From Eledone cirrhosa (taxonomy: Eukaryota): a DNA stretch of 64,000 nucleotides. The notes beneath the pieces were generated by a model. That model was given only the letters and a program-made list of their open reading frames with translations. It did no database searches and was not told the DNA's origin. Within the stretch, counting starts at the first letter, position 1. Every line of letters begins with the position of its first letter. This document shows, one piece after another, positions 15,186 to 29,579 of the stretch. The translations under genes and the position numbers were made by a program. Location of the stretch: the NCBI GenBank assembly GCA_964016885.1, contig OZ024741.1, forward strand, positions 41,416,001-41,480,000. Direction: 5' to 3'.

Positions 15186-16665
15186 AGGTAATAGTAGTAA
15201 TGGTGGTGGAGGTAGTAGTGGTAGTAGTAGTAGTAGTAATGGTGGTGGAGGTAATAGTAGTAATGGTGGTGGAGGTAGTAGTGGTAGTAGTAGTAGTAGT
15301 AATGGTGGTGGAGGTAGTAGTAATGGTGGTGGAGGTAATAGTAGTAGTGGTGGTGGAGGTAGTAGTGGTAGTAGTAGTAGTAGTAATGGTGGTGGAGGTA
15401 GTAGTAGTAGTAATGTTGGTGGAGGTAGTAGTAGTAGTTGTGGTGGAGGTAGTAGTAGTAGTAATGGTGGTGGAGGTAGTAGTAGTAATTGTGGTGGAGG
15501 TAGTAGTAGTAGTAATGTTGGTGGAGGTAGTAGTAGTAATTGTGGTGGAGGTAGTAGTAGTAGTAATGGTGGTGGAGGTAGTAGTAGTAGTAATGGTGGT
15601 GGAGGTAGTAGTAGTAGTAATGGTGGTGGAGGTAGTAGTAGTAATGGTGGTGGAGGTAGTAGTAGTAGTAATGTTGGTGGAGGTAGTAGTAGTAGTTGTG
15701 GTGGAGGTAGTAGTAGTAGTAATGGTGGTGGAGGTAGTAGTAGTAGTTGTGGTGGAGGTAGTAGTAGTAGTAATGGTGGTGGAGGTAGTAGTAGTAGTAA
15801 TGGTGGTGGAGGTAGTAGTAGTAGTAATTGTGGTGGAGGTAGTAGTAGTAATGTTGGTGGAGGTAGTAGTAGTAATTGTGGTGGAGGTAGTAGTAGTAGT
15901 AATGGTGGTGGAGGTAGTAGTAGTAGTTGTGGTGGAGGTAGTAGTAGTAGTAATGTTGGTGGAGGTAGTAGTAGTAATTGTGGTGGAGGTAGTAGTAGTA
16001 GTAATGGTGGTGGAGGTAGTAGTAGTAGTAATGGTGGTGGAGGTAGTAGTAGTAGTTGTGGTGGAGGTAGTAGTAGTAGTAATGGTGGTGGAGGTAGTAG
16101 TAGTAGTAATGGTGGTGGAGGTAGTAGTAGTAGTTGTGGTGGAGGTAGTAGTAGTAGTAATGGTGGTGGAGGTAGTAGTAGTAGTTGTGGTGGAGGTAGT
16201 AGTAGTAGTAATGTTGGTGGAGGTAGTAGTAGTAATTGTGGTGGAGGTAGTAGTAGTAGTAATGGTGGTGGAGGTAGTAGTAGTAGTTGTGGTGGAGGTA
16301 GTAGTAGTAGTAATGGTGGTGGAGGTAGTAGTAGTAGTTGTGGTGGAGGTAGTAGTAGTAGTAATGGTGGTGGAGGTAGTAGTAGTAATTGTGGTGGAGG
16401 TAGTAGTAGTAATGTTGGTGGAGGTAGTAGTAGTAATTGTGGTGGAGGTAGTAGTAGTAGTAATGGTGGTGGAGGTAGTAGTAGTAGTTGTGGTGGAGGT
16501 AGTAGTAGTAGTAATGGTGGTGGAGGTAGTAGTAGTAGTTGTGGTGGAGGTAGTAGTAGTAGTAATGGTGGTGGAGGTAGTAGTAGTAGTTGTGGTGGAG
16601 GTAGTAGTAGTAGTAATGGTGGTGGAGGTAGTAGTAGTAGTTGTGGTGGAGGTAGTAGTAGTAGT
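14964..16665. repeat. 1.7-kb triplet-based minisatellite with about 24-30 bp units, (GTA)n-ATG/GTT/ATT-GTG-GTG-GAG
   Basis: Direct inspection. Confidence 0.97.
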
Positions 16666-16860
16666 TTCTTCCTGTAGTTTCTTGTTCGTCTTTAGCCAAT
16701 AAATCAATTTTAACTTTTACACTGGTACAGCCTTCTGATTGATATCTGAAAGTTTGGCAACAACTAACAAGATGTTATCCTAACTTTGAGAGCATGTGAG
16801 TATGTATTGTGTATGTATGTATATATATATACATATATATATATACACACACATATATAT

Positions 16861-17195
16861 GGAGGCACATGGCTTAGTAGTTAGATCATTGGCCTTGCAA
16901 TCGAAAGGTTGTGAGTTCAATTCTCAGACCGGGTGATGTGTTGTTTCCTTGAGCAAGACACTTTATTTCACATTGCTCCAGTTTACTCAGCTGTAGAAAT
17001 GAGATGATAGCGACTAGGGTTCATATCATTCCACTGCAAAGTGGTCGTGGAGGTGCCACGGCAAAAAAGCACGCAGCACTCACTGTAAATGAGGTTGGTG
17101 TTAGGAAGGGCATCCAGCTGTAGAAATCAAGCCAGAATCAGTTCCCGTCCCACCCTTGCAAGCAGGGAAAAGCGGACGTAAAATGATGATGATGA
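16861..17195 (+). mobile_element. tRNA-derived SINE family B with CORE-like centre and RTE-derived tail
   Basis: A-box tggcttagtag, B-box gagttcaattct, ccttgagcaagacacttta centre, RTE-type 3' end and (atg)n. Confidence 0.85.
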
Positions 17196-17681
17196 ATAAT
17201 GAATGAATGAATATAAATAAATACACACATATGTACACACATACATATATATATGCATATATATATATATAGTGTATATAAGCATGTATGTATGTGTATG
17301 TATATATGTGTGAGTATATATATATCCATGTATATGTATGTATGTATGTATAGGGTGTATATGTATCTACTCATATATATATAGATAGAGACACGTGCAC
17401 TCATTTGTTAAAGCATCTGGTTGTTGGTTTGGCAATATCAATAGAACATTGGATATCTGTTGTGATTCTCTGCTGCGCTCTGAGTTCAAATCATGCTGGG
17501 GTCTTCTTTGTCTTTTATTCTTTCATGGTCAGTAAAGAAATCAGCAGCCAAATGCTTGTGCAGCTGTCCTCTCCTTCTAGCTGCCACATCCTGGATGTTC
17601 GCTGGCCCACGACATTATGATCATAAGTCCCATACCACAAAGCCACACGCCTCCACACCCACTACTATAGCATTAGGTTAA

Positions 17682-17888
17682 CCCTTTAACATTCACATTA
17701 TTTTATATATACTATTATATTTTAAAAGTAAAGGCTTTACCTCACATAATATCGAATCTATGAGATTTTGAAAGTATTTATTTTGAAAACAATACCTTAA
17801 CATCAGTTTGAGCGACCAGTTACAGCCAGTTTCAACAGAAAGAGGTAGAGAATTCTGGCTGGTTTGGGCCGGTTTGAACACTAAAGGG
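17682..17888 (+). mobile_element. piggyBac-type MITE
   Basis: TTAA flanks and CCCT...AGGG termini. Confidence 0.85.
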
Positions 17889-17949
17889 TTAAGCAATGCT
17901 TTATAAGGGACATTTGGTAGCTGGAATCTCTGCAGAAGCCCAGTGTTTA

Positions 17950-18212
17950 TATATATAGATGGTATGGACATGTGATGCACATGGAGGATGACTGCTGGGT
18001 AAAGAAGTGCCAAGAAATCCCAGTAGAAGGAAGACGCAGTAGAGGAAGACTACGAAAAACATGGGCGGAGGTGGTGAGAGCTGACCTCAGATCGCTGAAA
18101 CTCACAGAGGAGATGACGAAAGACCGTGACAAGTGAAGAGATGCTGTGCTGAATAGAACCCATCCCACCCTTGGAAGCAGGGAAAAGCAGATGTAAAATG
18201 ATGATGTTGATA
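17950..18212 (+). mobile_element. RTE 3' fragment of a second subfamily, with tail
   Basis: RWYGHVMHMEDDCWVKKC...GRLRKTWAEVVRADL followed by the cccacccttggaagcagggaaaa...atgatgatg tail. Confidence 0.85.
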
Positions 18213-18850
18213 TGACTGTGTGTGTATCCATGTCTGTGTCGACATTGACTGTTTGGTGATATGTTGTAAATTATCTGTGTGACAAGTAGATGTAGATAAA
18301 ATACCAGACTTTAATATCATAAGTGGTGAGATCAATATAATTGATTAGATCTTTTGAAGATGATGCCCCAGCATAGACACAGACTAATGACTGAAACCAA
18401 TAAAAGAATAAAACAACATCTTGAGAAAAAAACAAATGAAAATTGTGGTATCAGATTCCAAATTCAATTATTTTCAATACCAAAATATGGTCATAAAAGT
18501 GTACTAAACAGGTATTCTATTTTAGGAATATCATTTTGTTTTAAGATATAAGATATAAAGATGCTGCTATTTTAGTATTATTTGTTTAGCTATATAGTAT
18601 TATTTGTTCTTTATCAATCTTTTCATTGTCATATTTCTAATGAAAGACACTACCTATGATTTTCAAATAATTCTGAAAATAATCAAGGATGTGGAGACAT
18701 TTAATAATAAAACTAACTTTTTCATTATTGGTGTTGGGAACATAACAAAGGCTTTTACATAAAATTATGATGAAGGGTTTCTAGATAAATACCAAACATT
18801 GAAGCAGGGAAAATTTCAGGCAGTTTGGTGTCAAAATAATGTTTTAAAGT

Positions 18851-19120
18851 TTAACCCTTTCCTTACCATATTTATAGCCCAAAATGCTGCCCATTATTTT
18901 CAAATTATTTTGAAAATAATCAAGAAGTTGAAGGATTCAGTAATATAATTAACTTTTTCATTGTTTATCTGGTGTTTGAGAAAAAAAGAGAAAAAAAATA
19001 AAAAGAGGCCTACATAAAATTATGACGGAAAGTTTTTAGATAAAGATAAACTGTTTAAAATAAAGTTTTGTATTATAGAACCAGGGTCAGTTTCAGGTGG
19101 TTGGATATCAAATGGTCTAA
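18851..19120 (+). mobile_element. Older TTAA/CCCT-ended non-autonomous element; related copies near 11220-11475, 18600-18840, 28850-29065 (-), 57650-57783 (-)
   Basis: ttaaccctttccttaccatattt start; shared acataaaattatga...ttttagataaa and ggtggtt..atatcaa segments. Confidence 0.55.
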
Positions 19121-22100
19121 GCTTTAATTCAAATGAATAAATTGATTAAGATATGATTTAAAGATGGCGTCATATAGTTTTCAGGTTTAAAAGCCATGAT
19201 TATATTTTATTCTGTGGTTTTCTTTTAAAAAACAACAACACAAAACAATGTTTGAAAGCTGAAGACATAAAAATAGTAAATGAGTAATATATCCCTTCAT
19301 TTACAGAATATTCAATTAACTAATTATTAATTGATATCTGGTGTTGGTGTTGCTTGTCTAATTAACTTCACAAAATTGATATTTGAAGCAATCTATAAAA
19401 CATTATTAATTTTTCCAAAATGAGTTTACAATTAGTGCAATCTCAGGCACACATCTATGGTTGTGAGTATGGTTGTGTATACAACACTGACTTAGCTATT
19501 TTTGTTTGCTGCCATTTCAGTGGTGCATTTTGTTTTAGTTATGTGTTTCACTAATGTTAAGATGCAATGTTTAATGGCTGCTTTATTAGATACAGGCTTG
19601 GCTCTTTAAATTTCTTAAAATTAAGTTGAATATGAAAATGTTTGTTGACAAAAAAAAAGTAATTATCTTATGATTTCACCAACCAACTAATGAACCAACC
19701 AACTGACTGATAAAATCTGTCCTTTTGTTTACTTTTAGAAAGCCTCCCTCCATTATATACATTGTGTTTGCAATATTAGCAGGTAGAAATGAATGTGTGC
19801 ATATATGTGAGGAATTATATTTCAGGCTATAAGTATGTAACATAGTAGTTTGTTAATGTTGTACACAAAATAAGTTTGAAAGTTCATGACTAAGAAGTTT
19901 GTGCAAATACACATATGTACATATATATATACACACATATATATGTATATATAAATGGCCTACTCATTAGATTAACATGCAAGTGGTGAGCATTCCCCAG
20001 ACATCTTCCATTAACACATTTCTAAAGGAGACTCAGTATAACACAATGTGTGCCAAAGCTACACATTTAAATTATAGTTGCTGCCCAACTGACAGACGTC
20101 AAAATAGTCTCCATCTACCTGATTTCAATCACAAGTCTTGGGTTGACTCTAGGTCAGCGGTTACCAAAGTGAGTTCAGCAAAAGAGTGTCTGGGATTCCG
20201 TGAAAAAAGGCAGAGGAGTATATTTATATTAAGACCATATAACAGTATTAGATTTTGAGGTTCCCCCAAAAGTTTCTAAACCAAAAAGGGTTCCGCATTT
20301 GAAAAAGTTTGGGAAACCCTGCTCTAGGATTTGTTAAAGACATTTGTCCAAAATTGCCATGCAGTGGGATTGAACTCAGAACCACATGATTGCAGAACAT
20401 ACTTCTCGCATCTTAAAATTTCCTCTACTCTACCACTTATAGAAGAGAGGCCATCATAGAAAATGGATGTATGATAATGATGATATATATACAGCGCAAA
20501 TATCATCAATACAAAAAGAAATGAAAAAAAAAGCATGTGAAGACACATACATGCACTTTTGCTCTTCCTATTCCAGCTGAAACCCAGTAACTTTAGTTTA
20601 GTAGATTTGAGGTCATTTTGCAAGATTTATTTAATGAATACATTTTAATATAGGGTGTAACCTACTAACAGCCAAACGCTAACAATATGGATAACCTTCT
20701 CCACCTATAACAAAGTATTACTATTTAAGATATTTTACTGCAAACTTCTCTCTACGCCCCACAGAATGATTTTTCAATCTAAATCAGTTCAAATACACAC
20801 AAGATAGTTTTGCATCACTGCATAAGTCTGAGTAACACAGATTGGTTTATGGTATCAATAACAGAAACACTAGATTGGCGTTGATAAATAAATGAAACAG
20901 CAGAACCATTCTCAAAATATTTCTGGCATTCATTCCAAAAATAATTGAATGACTTTTTTTTTTTTTTTTTTTTTTTTTCATCCATCAGCTATAAAAACTA
21001 GTGACTAATTTCATGGTGATATTGCTGATAATGTTAATGTAATATGCACTCAAATACAGTACATGAATACCTACATGGTCTATATTGTGCTTTATATACA
21101 TACCAGGTGCTGGAAAATGCAATGTTTTTAGATGCTTTGCAATGGGGTGTTTTATTTAGTTTCTATTGATTCTAGTGTGACTACAATGTCAGAGAAATTG
21201 TATTTCTATAGATGGATATCCAACAAGTTTATAAGTACTCGGTGATAGATTGAGAATGGAACTTGTTGTTAACCAGACAGACATCTCTTTATTGAAGAAT
21301 TTAATGAAATCTCATTTTTCTGCAGGAAGTTTTCTAGTTATCTATAAAACCATGAAATTGGTGGTGAACAGTTGCATGATATTTATTAGTAGATGCAGCA
21401 TGGATGAATGATTCAGAAGTTAGCTTTGAAATCTTAAAGACCCGGGTTCAATACCAATGTGTAGCATCTTTGGTATTCGTCATTTATTATAGCTTTGGAT
21501 TGATCCAGGTCTTGTGAGTGAATTTGGGTAGATGGTAACTATGTTGAAGCCTGTCAAATGGACTGTACTTGTAATTGAAGAGTTGAGTCATATCACACTG
21601 TGTTACACTGCGTGAATTAAGTCAAGGGTAGATGTATCGGTGGAATGCTCAACCATTTGCATATTAATTTCATGAGTAGGATGTTATGTTGATCGAATGA
21701 GACCACACATTGTCTAAATCAATGGAGGTTCGTTACCATGATTATGATGATGATGATTGTTAGAGTGATCATCATCATCATCACTACCGCCAATATCATC
21801 ATCATCATCACTATCATCATCACCATGGTCAAAATAATTCATTTCTGCTTGTCAACTCTACAGCAGATAGATTACTTTTATGCACTTTAATATCATTGCT
21901 ATATCTAAATGGTGGCAATTGTAGATAGCACAATCCCCCAATGAATGCCATATTAGTCATAAAAACCAAAATCCCTAATGTTCTTACCATTACTGATATT
22001 AGTTGCAGCATGTACAGTAAGCATATTAAAAGAGATATCTTAAAAAGAACATCTTAGATCCACATCCCCCTCCCAGCTACATGTGGAGGAATGGCAGCCT

Positions 22101-22393
22101 TACCCTCAGACAAGTATAAGTATACTAAAAGGACAGCCACTTAAATTCCATCATTATATCAGAAATGCAGACAGTTACTGCAAAACAACTGGCTATTGCC
22201 AGATGTTGCCATATATGCATGTATATGCATATATATATATGTATGCATATGTATATGTATGTATATGCATATGTATGCATATTTATATATATATATGCAT
22301 ATATACACACATATATATATGTATATGCATATATACGCATATATATATATATATATGTATATGCATATATATGCATATATATATATATGTATA

Positions 22394-22478
<85 letters not shown>

Positions 22479-22859
22479 TATTCATTATTACTGCTTTTAT
22501 ATCTGGTTTTCAGACGTGTGTGTGCTTATATATATATGTGTGTGTATGTAGATAGATAGAGAGAGAGAAAGAGGGAAAGAAGAGAATTCATCTGATTTGT
22601 TGTTCGCACACAATCCAATAGAGTGAATATATATATATATACATATATACAATTTAAAAAAAAAATAATACACACAGATTTATAACCAAAACCCCAGGAT
22701 TTAGAAATTTAAACAACATACAGAAAGGAGCATTACAAGGCAATCCAGACATATTACATGGAATACTTTCAGTACAATAGAAACAACAACAATATAACAC
22801 TGTAGATGTCCCTGGCACACACAGCTGTGCTCAGAAATACAGAGCCAGTAAGCAATAAA

Positions 22860-23030
22860 AATAATAATAATCTACTTTTGGCACTAGGCCAGCAATTATC
22901 CCAGTGCATTAATGGTACTTTATTTTATCAACCCCGTAAGGATGAAAGGGATGATTTGAACTCAGAACATAAAGGGCCGTAACTCTATGCTGCAAAGCAT
23001 GGCGTTCGACCATCTACTGATACTGCCAGA
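22860..23030 (-). mobile_element. SINE family A
   Basis: Homology to 24581-24766. Confidence 0.8.
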
Positions 23031-24580
23031 TGGTTATAATAAAAGTAACATGAATAATAAATATATAGTTGCCAGTGTGTAAGTGTGTGTGTTTGTGCAT
23101 TCATATGTATGTGTGTGTGTACCTTTGTGTGGATATTTAAGTCTAAGAGGAAATAGGAGAAAAACCTTAACAACAACCATTTACTGGTGTAGATCAGAGA
23201 TTGGAAACCTGCAGACTTATGGCTGCATGCAGCCATCTATGCAATTCTGAGCAGCCTTTTGAAAGAGTAAAAAAAATTTCATACAAATATTTTAATTTAA
23301 ACCATAAGATGAACGTATTTTAAATACCAAAGAGTAAAAGAAAAATATTTGAAATAATCCACACTGACAGACGTTCATGTTTTAGTTCTAATATGATTCT
23401 AGAATCTACATTAAATTCCCGATTGACTTCGTTTTTTGGATAATTAGTACATGGTAATTAGATTTTTTTACAAAATAATGTAGATTTTAATATATAATTA
23501 ATGTTTCTTGAATGTGGCATTACAAATAACTTAATGTGGTCTTTCAACATGAAAATGTTTCGCCCATCTGGTGCAGAATAACAAACAAGTAACAGCAATT
23601 ATATAAATAGAATGTGTTGAAGATAGCAAGAAAAGAATGGACCTCCATAAGTTTCAACGATGAGTGCTTCAATGGTTCATTCAACAAAATATATCAGCTC
23701 CTGAAATGAACATGAACATGACTGAGCATTCCAGAGATATGTACCCTTGATGTAATTCTCAGGGAGATATAGTGTAAATTACAGGTACAGTCCATCTAAT
23801 GGTTTTCCAAACAATTTCAAGCTATCTAATTTTACTTACAAGGCATTTGTCAACACAAGGCTATGGTAAATGGCACATGATCAAAATATTACAGAGAGGA
23901 ATCAAACCTGGGACTTAATAGTTGCAAGCCAACTTCTTGACCTTTCAGCTATATTGTCTCCACAAGTCGCTCGCTCTGATCGATCGAAAAGATACCAGAC
24001 CTCATTCGGTTGCCGAGTGGGGTGACCTCGTCAAATCAGATCAAGGAAACAATGTTTCCATTGGTCTTTCCATTGCTGATATTATCTGTTGGTCACAAAC
24101 CCTGGCAGAAAGAGCAATGTGAAATAAAGTGTCTTGATCAAGGACACAGCGCATCAGCAGGTCTGAGAATTGAACTCACAACCACACTATTGTTAAACTA
24201 ACTCTCTAACCACTAAGCCACGTGCCTTCTCAAGACCAGACGCCAGTATACAAGTAAGAAAAATATAATGGCTGAATCATACTTCATTACACCTTAGCAT
24301 TAACATTATCAGGGGGAACAACCACTATTTATTTCTGTCTGCAACAAGCTATATATTCAGATTTGCTGAAGCAAAACAATTCTTTCATTTGATTGCTTTC
24401 TAGTAACCTTAACCCATTCATCATAGAAATGTTGTATGAAGCAACATGCCATTTTCCAAATGAACTAGCACTAATATATGTCAAATGTTTCATAAAGAGT
24501 TTAGATTTCTCTAGAAGACAGAGAAATTTGAAGAATTGTTAAGGAAAGGTAAAGCTGGATGAGACAGCATAGACAATAAT

Positions 24581-24766
24581 TGTTTCTACTTTTGGCTCAA
24601 GGCCAGCAATTAACCAGTACATTACTGGTACTTTATTTTATCGACCCCGTAAGGATGAAAGGCAAAGTTAACCTCGGCGGGATTTGAACTCAGACCGTAA
24701 AGGGACGTAACTATGCTGGAAAGCATGGCGTCCGACTCTCTACCGATACTGCCAATCCACTGACCT
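24581..24766 (-). mobile_element. SINE family A with 18-bp TSD
   Basis: gacagcatagacaataat at 24563-24580 and 24767-24784. Confidence 0.9.
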
Positions 24767-24901
24767 GACAGCATAGACAATAATGAAGTAGAGTTACATG
24801 CCTGTGTGTGTGTGTGTGTGTGCTTATATATATGTGTGTATGTATGTGCATGTAGCCTTTGTTCCATGTATGAACATAAATAAATAATATAATGTAATAT
24901 A

Positions 24902-24985
<84 letters not shown>

Positions 24986-25210
24986 CAAAATCAAATAAGA
25001 AACTATTTAGAACATTACTCATCAAAGTACTCAATACTTGTAGTAGAGTATTGTTATAGGAAAGAGTCAGGACTAGCTGCTAAAACAGCAAGAGCTCAGC
25101 TGTTGGGGATTCTGACTCTTTCATGTCTGTCTGTGTGTGAGTGTGTGTGTGTGAAAAGATGTTACTAGTAAGATAATAACTCAACATAGTACTCAATACT
25201 TTAAAAAATG

Positions 25211-25412
25211 TACATGGGCCGGTTGAAAAGTTCATGGGCTGACTATGAAGAAGTGATGATAGACTGTGAAATCTTGCATGCATTAATTTCAACTCTTTTT
25301 ATCAATAAATTCATTGTTTCTTTCTGGGAACTAGGTTGAAAAAATAAACCTCATTTGGTGATCCCATGAGAGTAGCTTGATCAGACTATGAACTTTTCAG
25401 CTGACCCTTGTA
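25211..25412. mobile_element. Mariner-type MITE
   Basis: TIRs tacatgggccggttgaaaagttcat / atgaacttttcagctgacccttgta. Confidence 0.8.
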
Positions 25413-25588
25413 GAGGGTAGATATTTTTTAATACATGCAAAATCAACAGTCAAGCTTAAGTCATTTCAATTCAACCATCAAAACAGTTTAAGTTACACCA
25501 CAAGGCTTTTATGTAGTTAATAAAATATATGTATGTATATAGACATATACACACATACACATACATCCATAATCATTATATAATTAAT

Positions 25589-25767
25589 TGTTTCTACTTT
25601 TGGCAGAAGGCCACAATTACCCAGTGCATTATTGGTACTTTATTTTATCGACCCCGTAAGGATGAAAGTCAAAGTTAACCTCGGCGGGATTTGAACTCAG
25701 AATGGCAAGGGCCGTAACTATGCATCAAAGCATGTCGACTGACTCTCTACTGATACTACCAATCCAC
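25589..25767 (-). mobile_element. SINE family A with 15-bp TSD
   Basis: cattatataattaat at 25574-25588 and 25768-25782. Confidence 0.9.
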
Positions 25768-26564
25768 CATTATATAATTAATGTACACATACTTTTGTAA
25801 CAAGAAAAAAGAAAATTGCAAGATATAAGTTGTTTGTACACACTGACCATGAAATGTGTCTCCCTGGACCACCTTGGTGGACATTGACAGCAATTATGCC
25901 CAGAATCCTAACCTGGACCTTAATTCTTTCATGATTGCATTTCTAATTAAATACTCTCTGTTTCAATTAATTAATGAAGAATTTTAAAGGATTTATTAAA
26001 ATTATTAATTATTTCATTTCTAAGGTAGTAATTTAATGTAAGTTTTTTTTACTGTGAAAATATAATAGTAAATATAGAGTAATGTAAATGCTAAAGGGTT
26101 AATGTAACCCCTATGTCAACCTATGGGCTGGACTTAATCTTTGCTCTTTAAACTCTGCTGTTTGTGATTAAAAAAATATCTCATGTTGATGTGCAGTCTG
26201 CAACTGGCAGAGTTTAGTGTCAAAGTAGTAAGTAGTACGTTTATAATATCAATGTGTTATAGATTCAAATGCAAGGAGAGGTGTATTACACATTATAAAA
26301 TGCTATGAATAATGTAAATCCTAATGTATATCACATTTGATGAAATTAATATTGATTCTCAACCAACACCATCATAATTATAACAAAAGTTCATTGTGTG
26401 TATGTTGTTTAGAAGAGATACATTGAATCCGTGTTTGTTATAAGACAAGGCTAAAAAGGTTAGCATTAGGAAGGGTATCCAGCAATAAAACAAGTCCTCA
26501 AAAACATTCATATAATGAGTATGTCTGTGAATTATAAAGAAAGCTATTTTGAGAGAGGTTAGTG

Positions 26565-27058
26565 AGAGACAGAGAGAATGGGAAAGGAAGAGAGAAAGAG
26601 GAAGGAGAAGGAGAGAAAGGGAGAGGGGAGAAGGAGAGAAAGGGAGAGAAGGAGAAATAATGAGGAGGAGAAAAGGAGAATGAGAAAGGAAGCAAGAAGG
26701 GAGAGGAGGAGGAAAGAAAGAAAGAACGAGGAAGTGATGGAGAGAGAAAGGAGAAGGAGAGACAAAGAGAGAGAAAGAATGTGGAGGAGAAGGAGAAAGA
26801 AAGGTAGGGAAAGAAAGAGAAAGAAATAGAGATGGAGGGAGAGAAATAAAGTATCAGAGAGAGGTGAGCAGTTGATAACTAACCCAACTCAATCACTGTA
26901 GAAATGACCCTAAGGAGACTTAATACAAGAGCTCATGTAAAGTTGTTTGTGAATGGAGAGAGAGAGAAGGGGGGTGGGAGAGAGGCAGAGAGACAGAAAG
27001 AGAGAGAGAAGGGGTGGGAGAGAGTAAGAGAGACAGAAAGAGAGAGAGAGAAAGAGAC
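26565..27058. repeat. Polypurine (GA-rich) low-complexity tracts
   Basis: Direct inspection. Confidence 0.85.
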
Positions 27059-27984
27059 TGTTACTGTACAGCACTAGTTTCTAGCAATACTGAAAGACAA
27101 TTCAACATGATACACACATGTGGATTGAATAAAGTAAAATTTTTATTGATCCACTAGTTGCAATAAAGTAGAGCCTTGTGTGTCAGGCAACCATGATTTT
27201 TCAATACTAAACTGCTATTAAAACCAAGATACTGCTTGTTATTCACACTAGTACTACTACAGCTATCACCTACAATGGTATATATAACTTGGTAGTATGT
27301 ACCAAGCTTCTACTAACAGTTTTAGATGTCAATACAGTTGCAAGTAGACACTGTCAACCTCTTGACCCAGCAAAACATAAGGCTGCCAACTATGCCAAAA
27401 GTCAACTATATTTTTTTTAGCAATCCCAAAGGATGAAAATCAAAGTGGACCATGGCAATATTTTCCAGCTAGCTGAAAATACATGACTTAATGGTTAAGA
27501 ATCATAATGTCATGGTTCGAATTATGGACCAGACAAACATGTGTTCTTGAACAAAATGCTTTATTTTACATTGCTTCTGCCACTACTTGTGATCAGCAGA
27601 TAGTATTAACAATGGAGTCTAAAAATCTAAAGTCTGTCTCAAGCTCAGAGGGTCATCAGGCCGATGCTTATCCTGGTTTCTGTGGTGTGAAGTGACTGAG
27701 AGTACAGGACTCCCCCTGGACAGAATGCCAATCTATTGCAAGTTTAAACCCCCAACTATTGCTGGTCCTCATTTTCAGCTGAGATTATTCAATAAAAAAT
27801 TTGTTCCTTTGGTTCAAACTAATAACCAGTTTTTCTTTCCTTTTGTTAATTCAGAGCTGGACGAAATAGCTAAAACTCTAACAACTCCACTAAATTGACC
27901 ACCTTATAAATACCATGCACTGGTTCTATGAAACTAATCTGTTACATTTACATTGAACATATGTGTAACAAAAGCACATATACC

Positions 27985-28305
27985 CACCTCCATAATCCCC
28001 ACATACCCTTCCCACCAAAACCCCCAGCCCACACTGTAAGGTGGTTATGTAGGTGTCACCAGAAAAAAAAGCACCCAACCCACACTGAAAGCACCCAGTA
28101 CACACTGTAAATGTGATTGGCGTTAAGAAGGGCATCCAGCTATAGAAACCAAGCCAAAATTGGTTCTATATGAGTAAGACATGGTCATTTGACCTTGACT
28201 TGTCTCAAGTAGAACAACCCTTATAACCCATGCTAGCGTGGAAAATGGACGTTAAATAATGATGATGATGATGGTTATGATGATGATGATGGTGGTGATG
28301 ATGAT
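27985..28305 (+). mobile_element. RTE 3' UTR or RTE-tailed SINE fragment
   Basis: Shares gaagggcatccagc and cccatgctagcgtggaaaatggacgttaaa plus (gat)n with 2340-2505. Confidence 0.75.
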
Positions 28306-29270
28306 GCAGTGTTTTCTGTACTCAGTAGCAGATGCTAGAAAAATCTGAACACAATATATGACACACTGAATTAGATAGCATAAAAATATATTTTGTCTGA
28401 ATATTCTATACTAACTTTTCTTGCTTCAGCATTTAACATTCTTCTGTCTATGACTAAAAAACTTTCAACAAGTTAATGCCACCCTAGCTTCTGTAATGTT
28501 AAGCAGATGAAAACTAATCTATTACTAAATGATGATTAAGGAGAATCATAGCTAGTGGGCATATAGTCTTGCACATCTTATTTAGTGAGCTTGGAAAGAT
28601 AAATTGATTTAAATACAGCACAGTGTAGCAACTAACTAGATATTGTAAATCATTTTGTCTTAGTCATTTCCATTAAAAAGAAAAATATCTTTGAGAATCA
28701 CATATAGGCAAACATAAAATACAGGTTTTTGAGAAACATTTCATTTTAGTACCTACCCAATAAATCTTGTTTTATGTATATTTCCAAGGTGTCTACTTCA
28801 TAAAATTAGTTCTACTAAAAATCACTACTAAATAAAACAAGCAAATTCACCTCTTTGATACCAAATCACCTGAAACTACCCTGGTTCTATAACATTAAGC
28901 TGTTTATTTCAAAGTTTTTGTTTCCATCATAATTTTAAGATATTTTCTAAATACTTGATAAATAATGAACATTACAAAATCTTTTGAAATACTTGATTAT
29001 TTTCAAAATTATTTTAAAAACATAAGCAACATCTTCCTATTCCAAATATGAAAAGAAATGGTTAAAAAGTCTCTAATACCTAGTGAATTGAAATTTGAAA
29101 CCTCACCCTTTCCTAGTTGTTCCCCAAAGACAGAATAAGTGCAACCTCCAAATCAATTTCAAAACCAGTAGAATTTCTTCTATTGTTTTGGAAGCTATAA
29201 ACAATTATGTGTGGCCAAGGAAATTTGAAATTAGAAACTAGAAAAATTTAAACTACAAATATAAAATATG

Positions 29271-29560
29271 AAGAGAGTTTTTCTCATAGAATGTATGATG
29301 CTCTCTCAGTTTGTATAAAGAGAGTTTTTCTCATAGAATGTATGATGCTCTCTCAGTTTGTATGATACATATGTACAAAGCAGGACTTAAACCTTAAATG
29401 TGAAGATTTGCTACAGCTGGAAAGAAATGAGGTAAGTATGTTCTACTAGATGTGTAATGTACATGAATGATAACTGGGACAAAAGATGTAGTGTGCAAGA
29501 GAGAAAACTATGCTGGTAGGTGCACATGATGTGTATGGAGGATATAAGCTGTGTTAAATG
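29271..29560 (+). mobile_element. Degraded RTE C-terminal fragment with a 46-47 bp tandem duplication (29271-29363)
   Basis: EDLLQLERNEVSMF-like translation; direct repeat aagagagtttttctcatagaatgtatgatgctctctcagtttgtat. Confidence 0.6.
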
Positions 29561-29579
29561 AATAGTTGGTACTACGCTC

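Noticed and set aside
14798-16707. Three ORFs of about 600 aa called as CDS
   Set aside because: Triplet repeat open in several frames; the non-repeat ends run into a MITE; no domain or splice evidence
16861-16935. tRNA gene
   Set aside because: A/B boxes continue into a SINE body and tail, so this is a SINE head
26578-26829. Arg/Glu/Lys-rich ORF
   Set aside because: Translation of a polypurine tract
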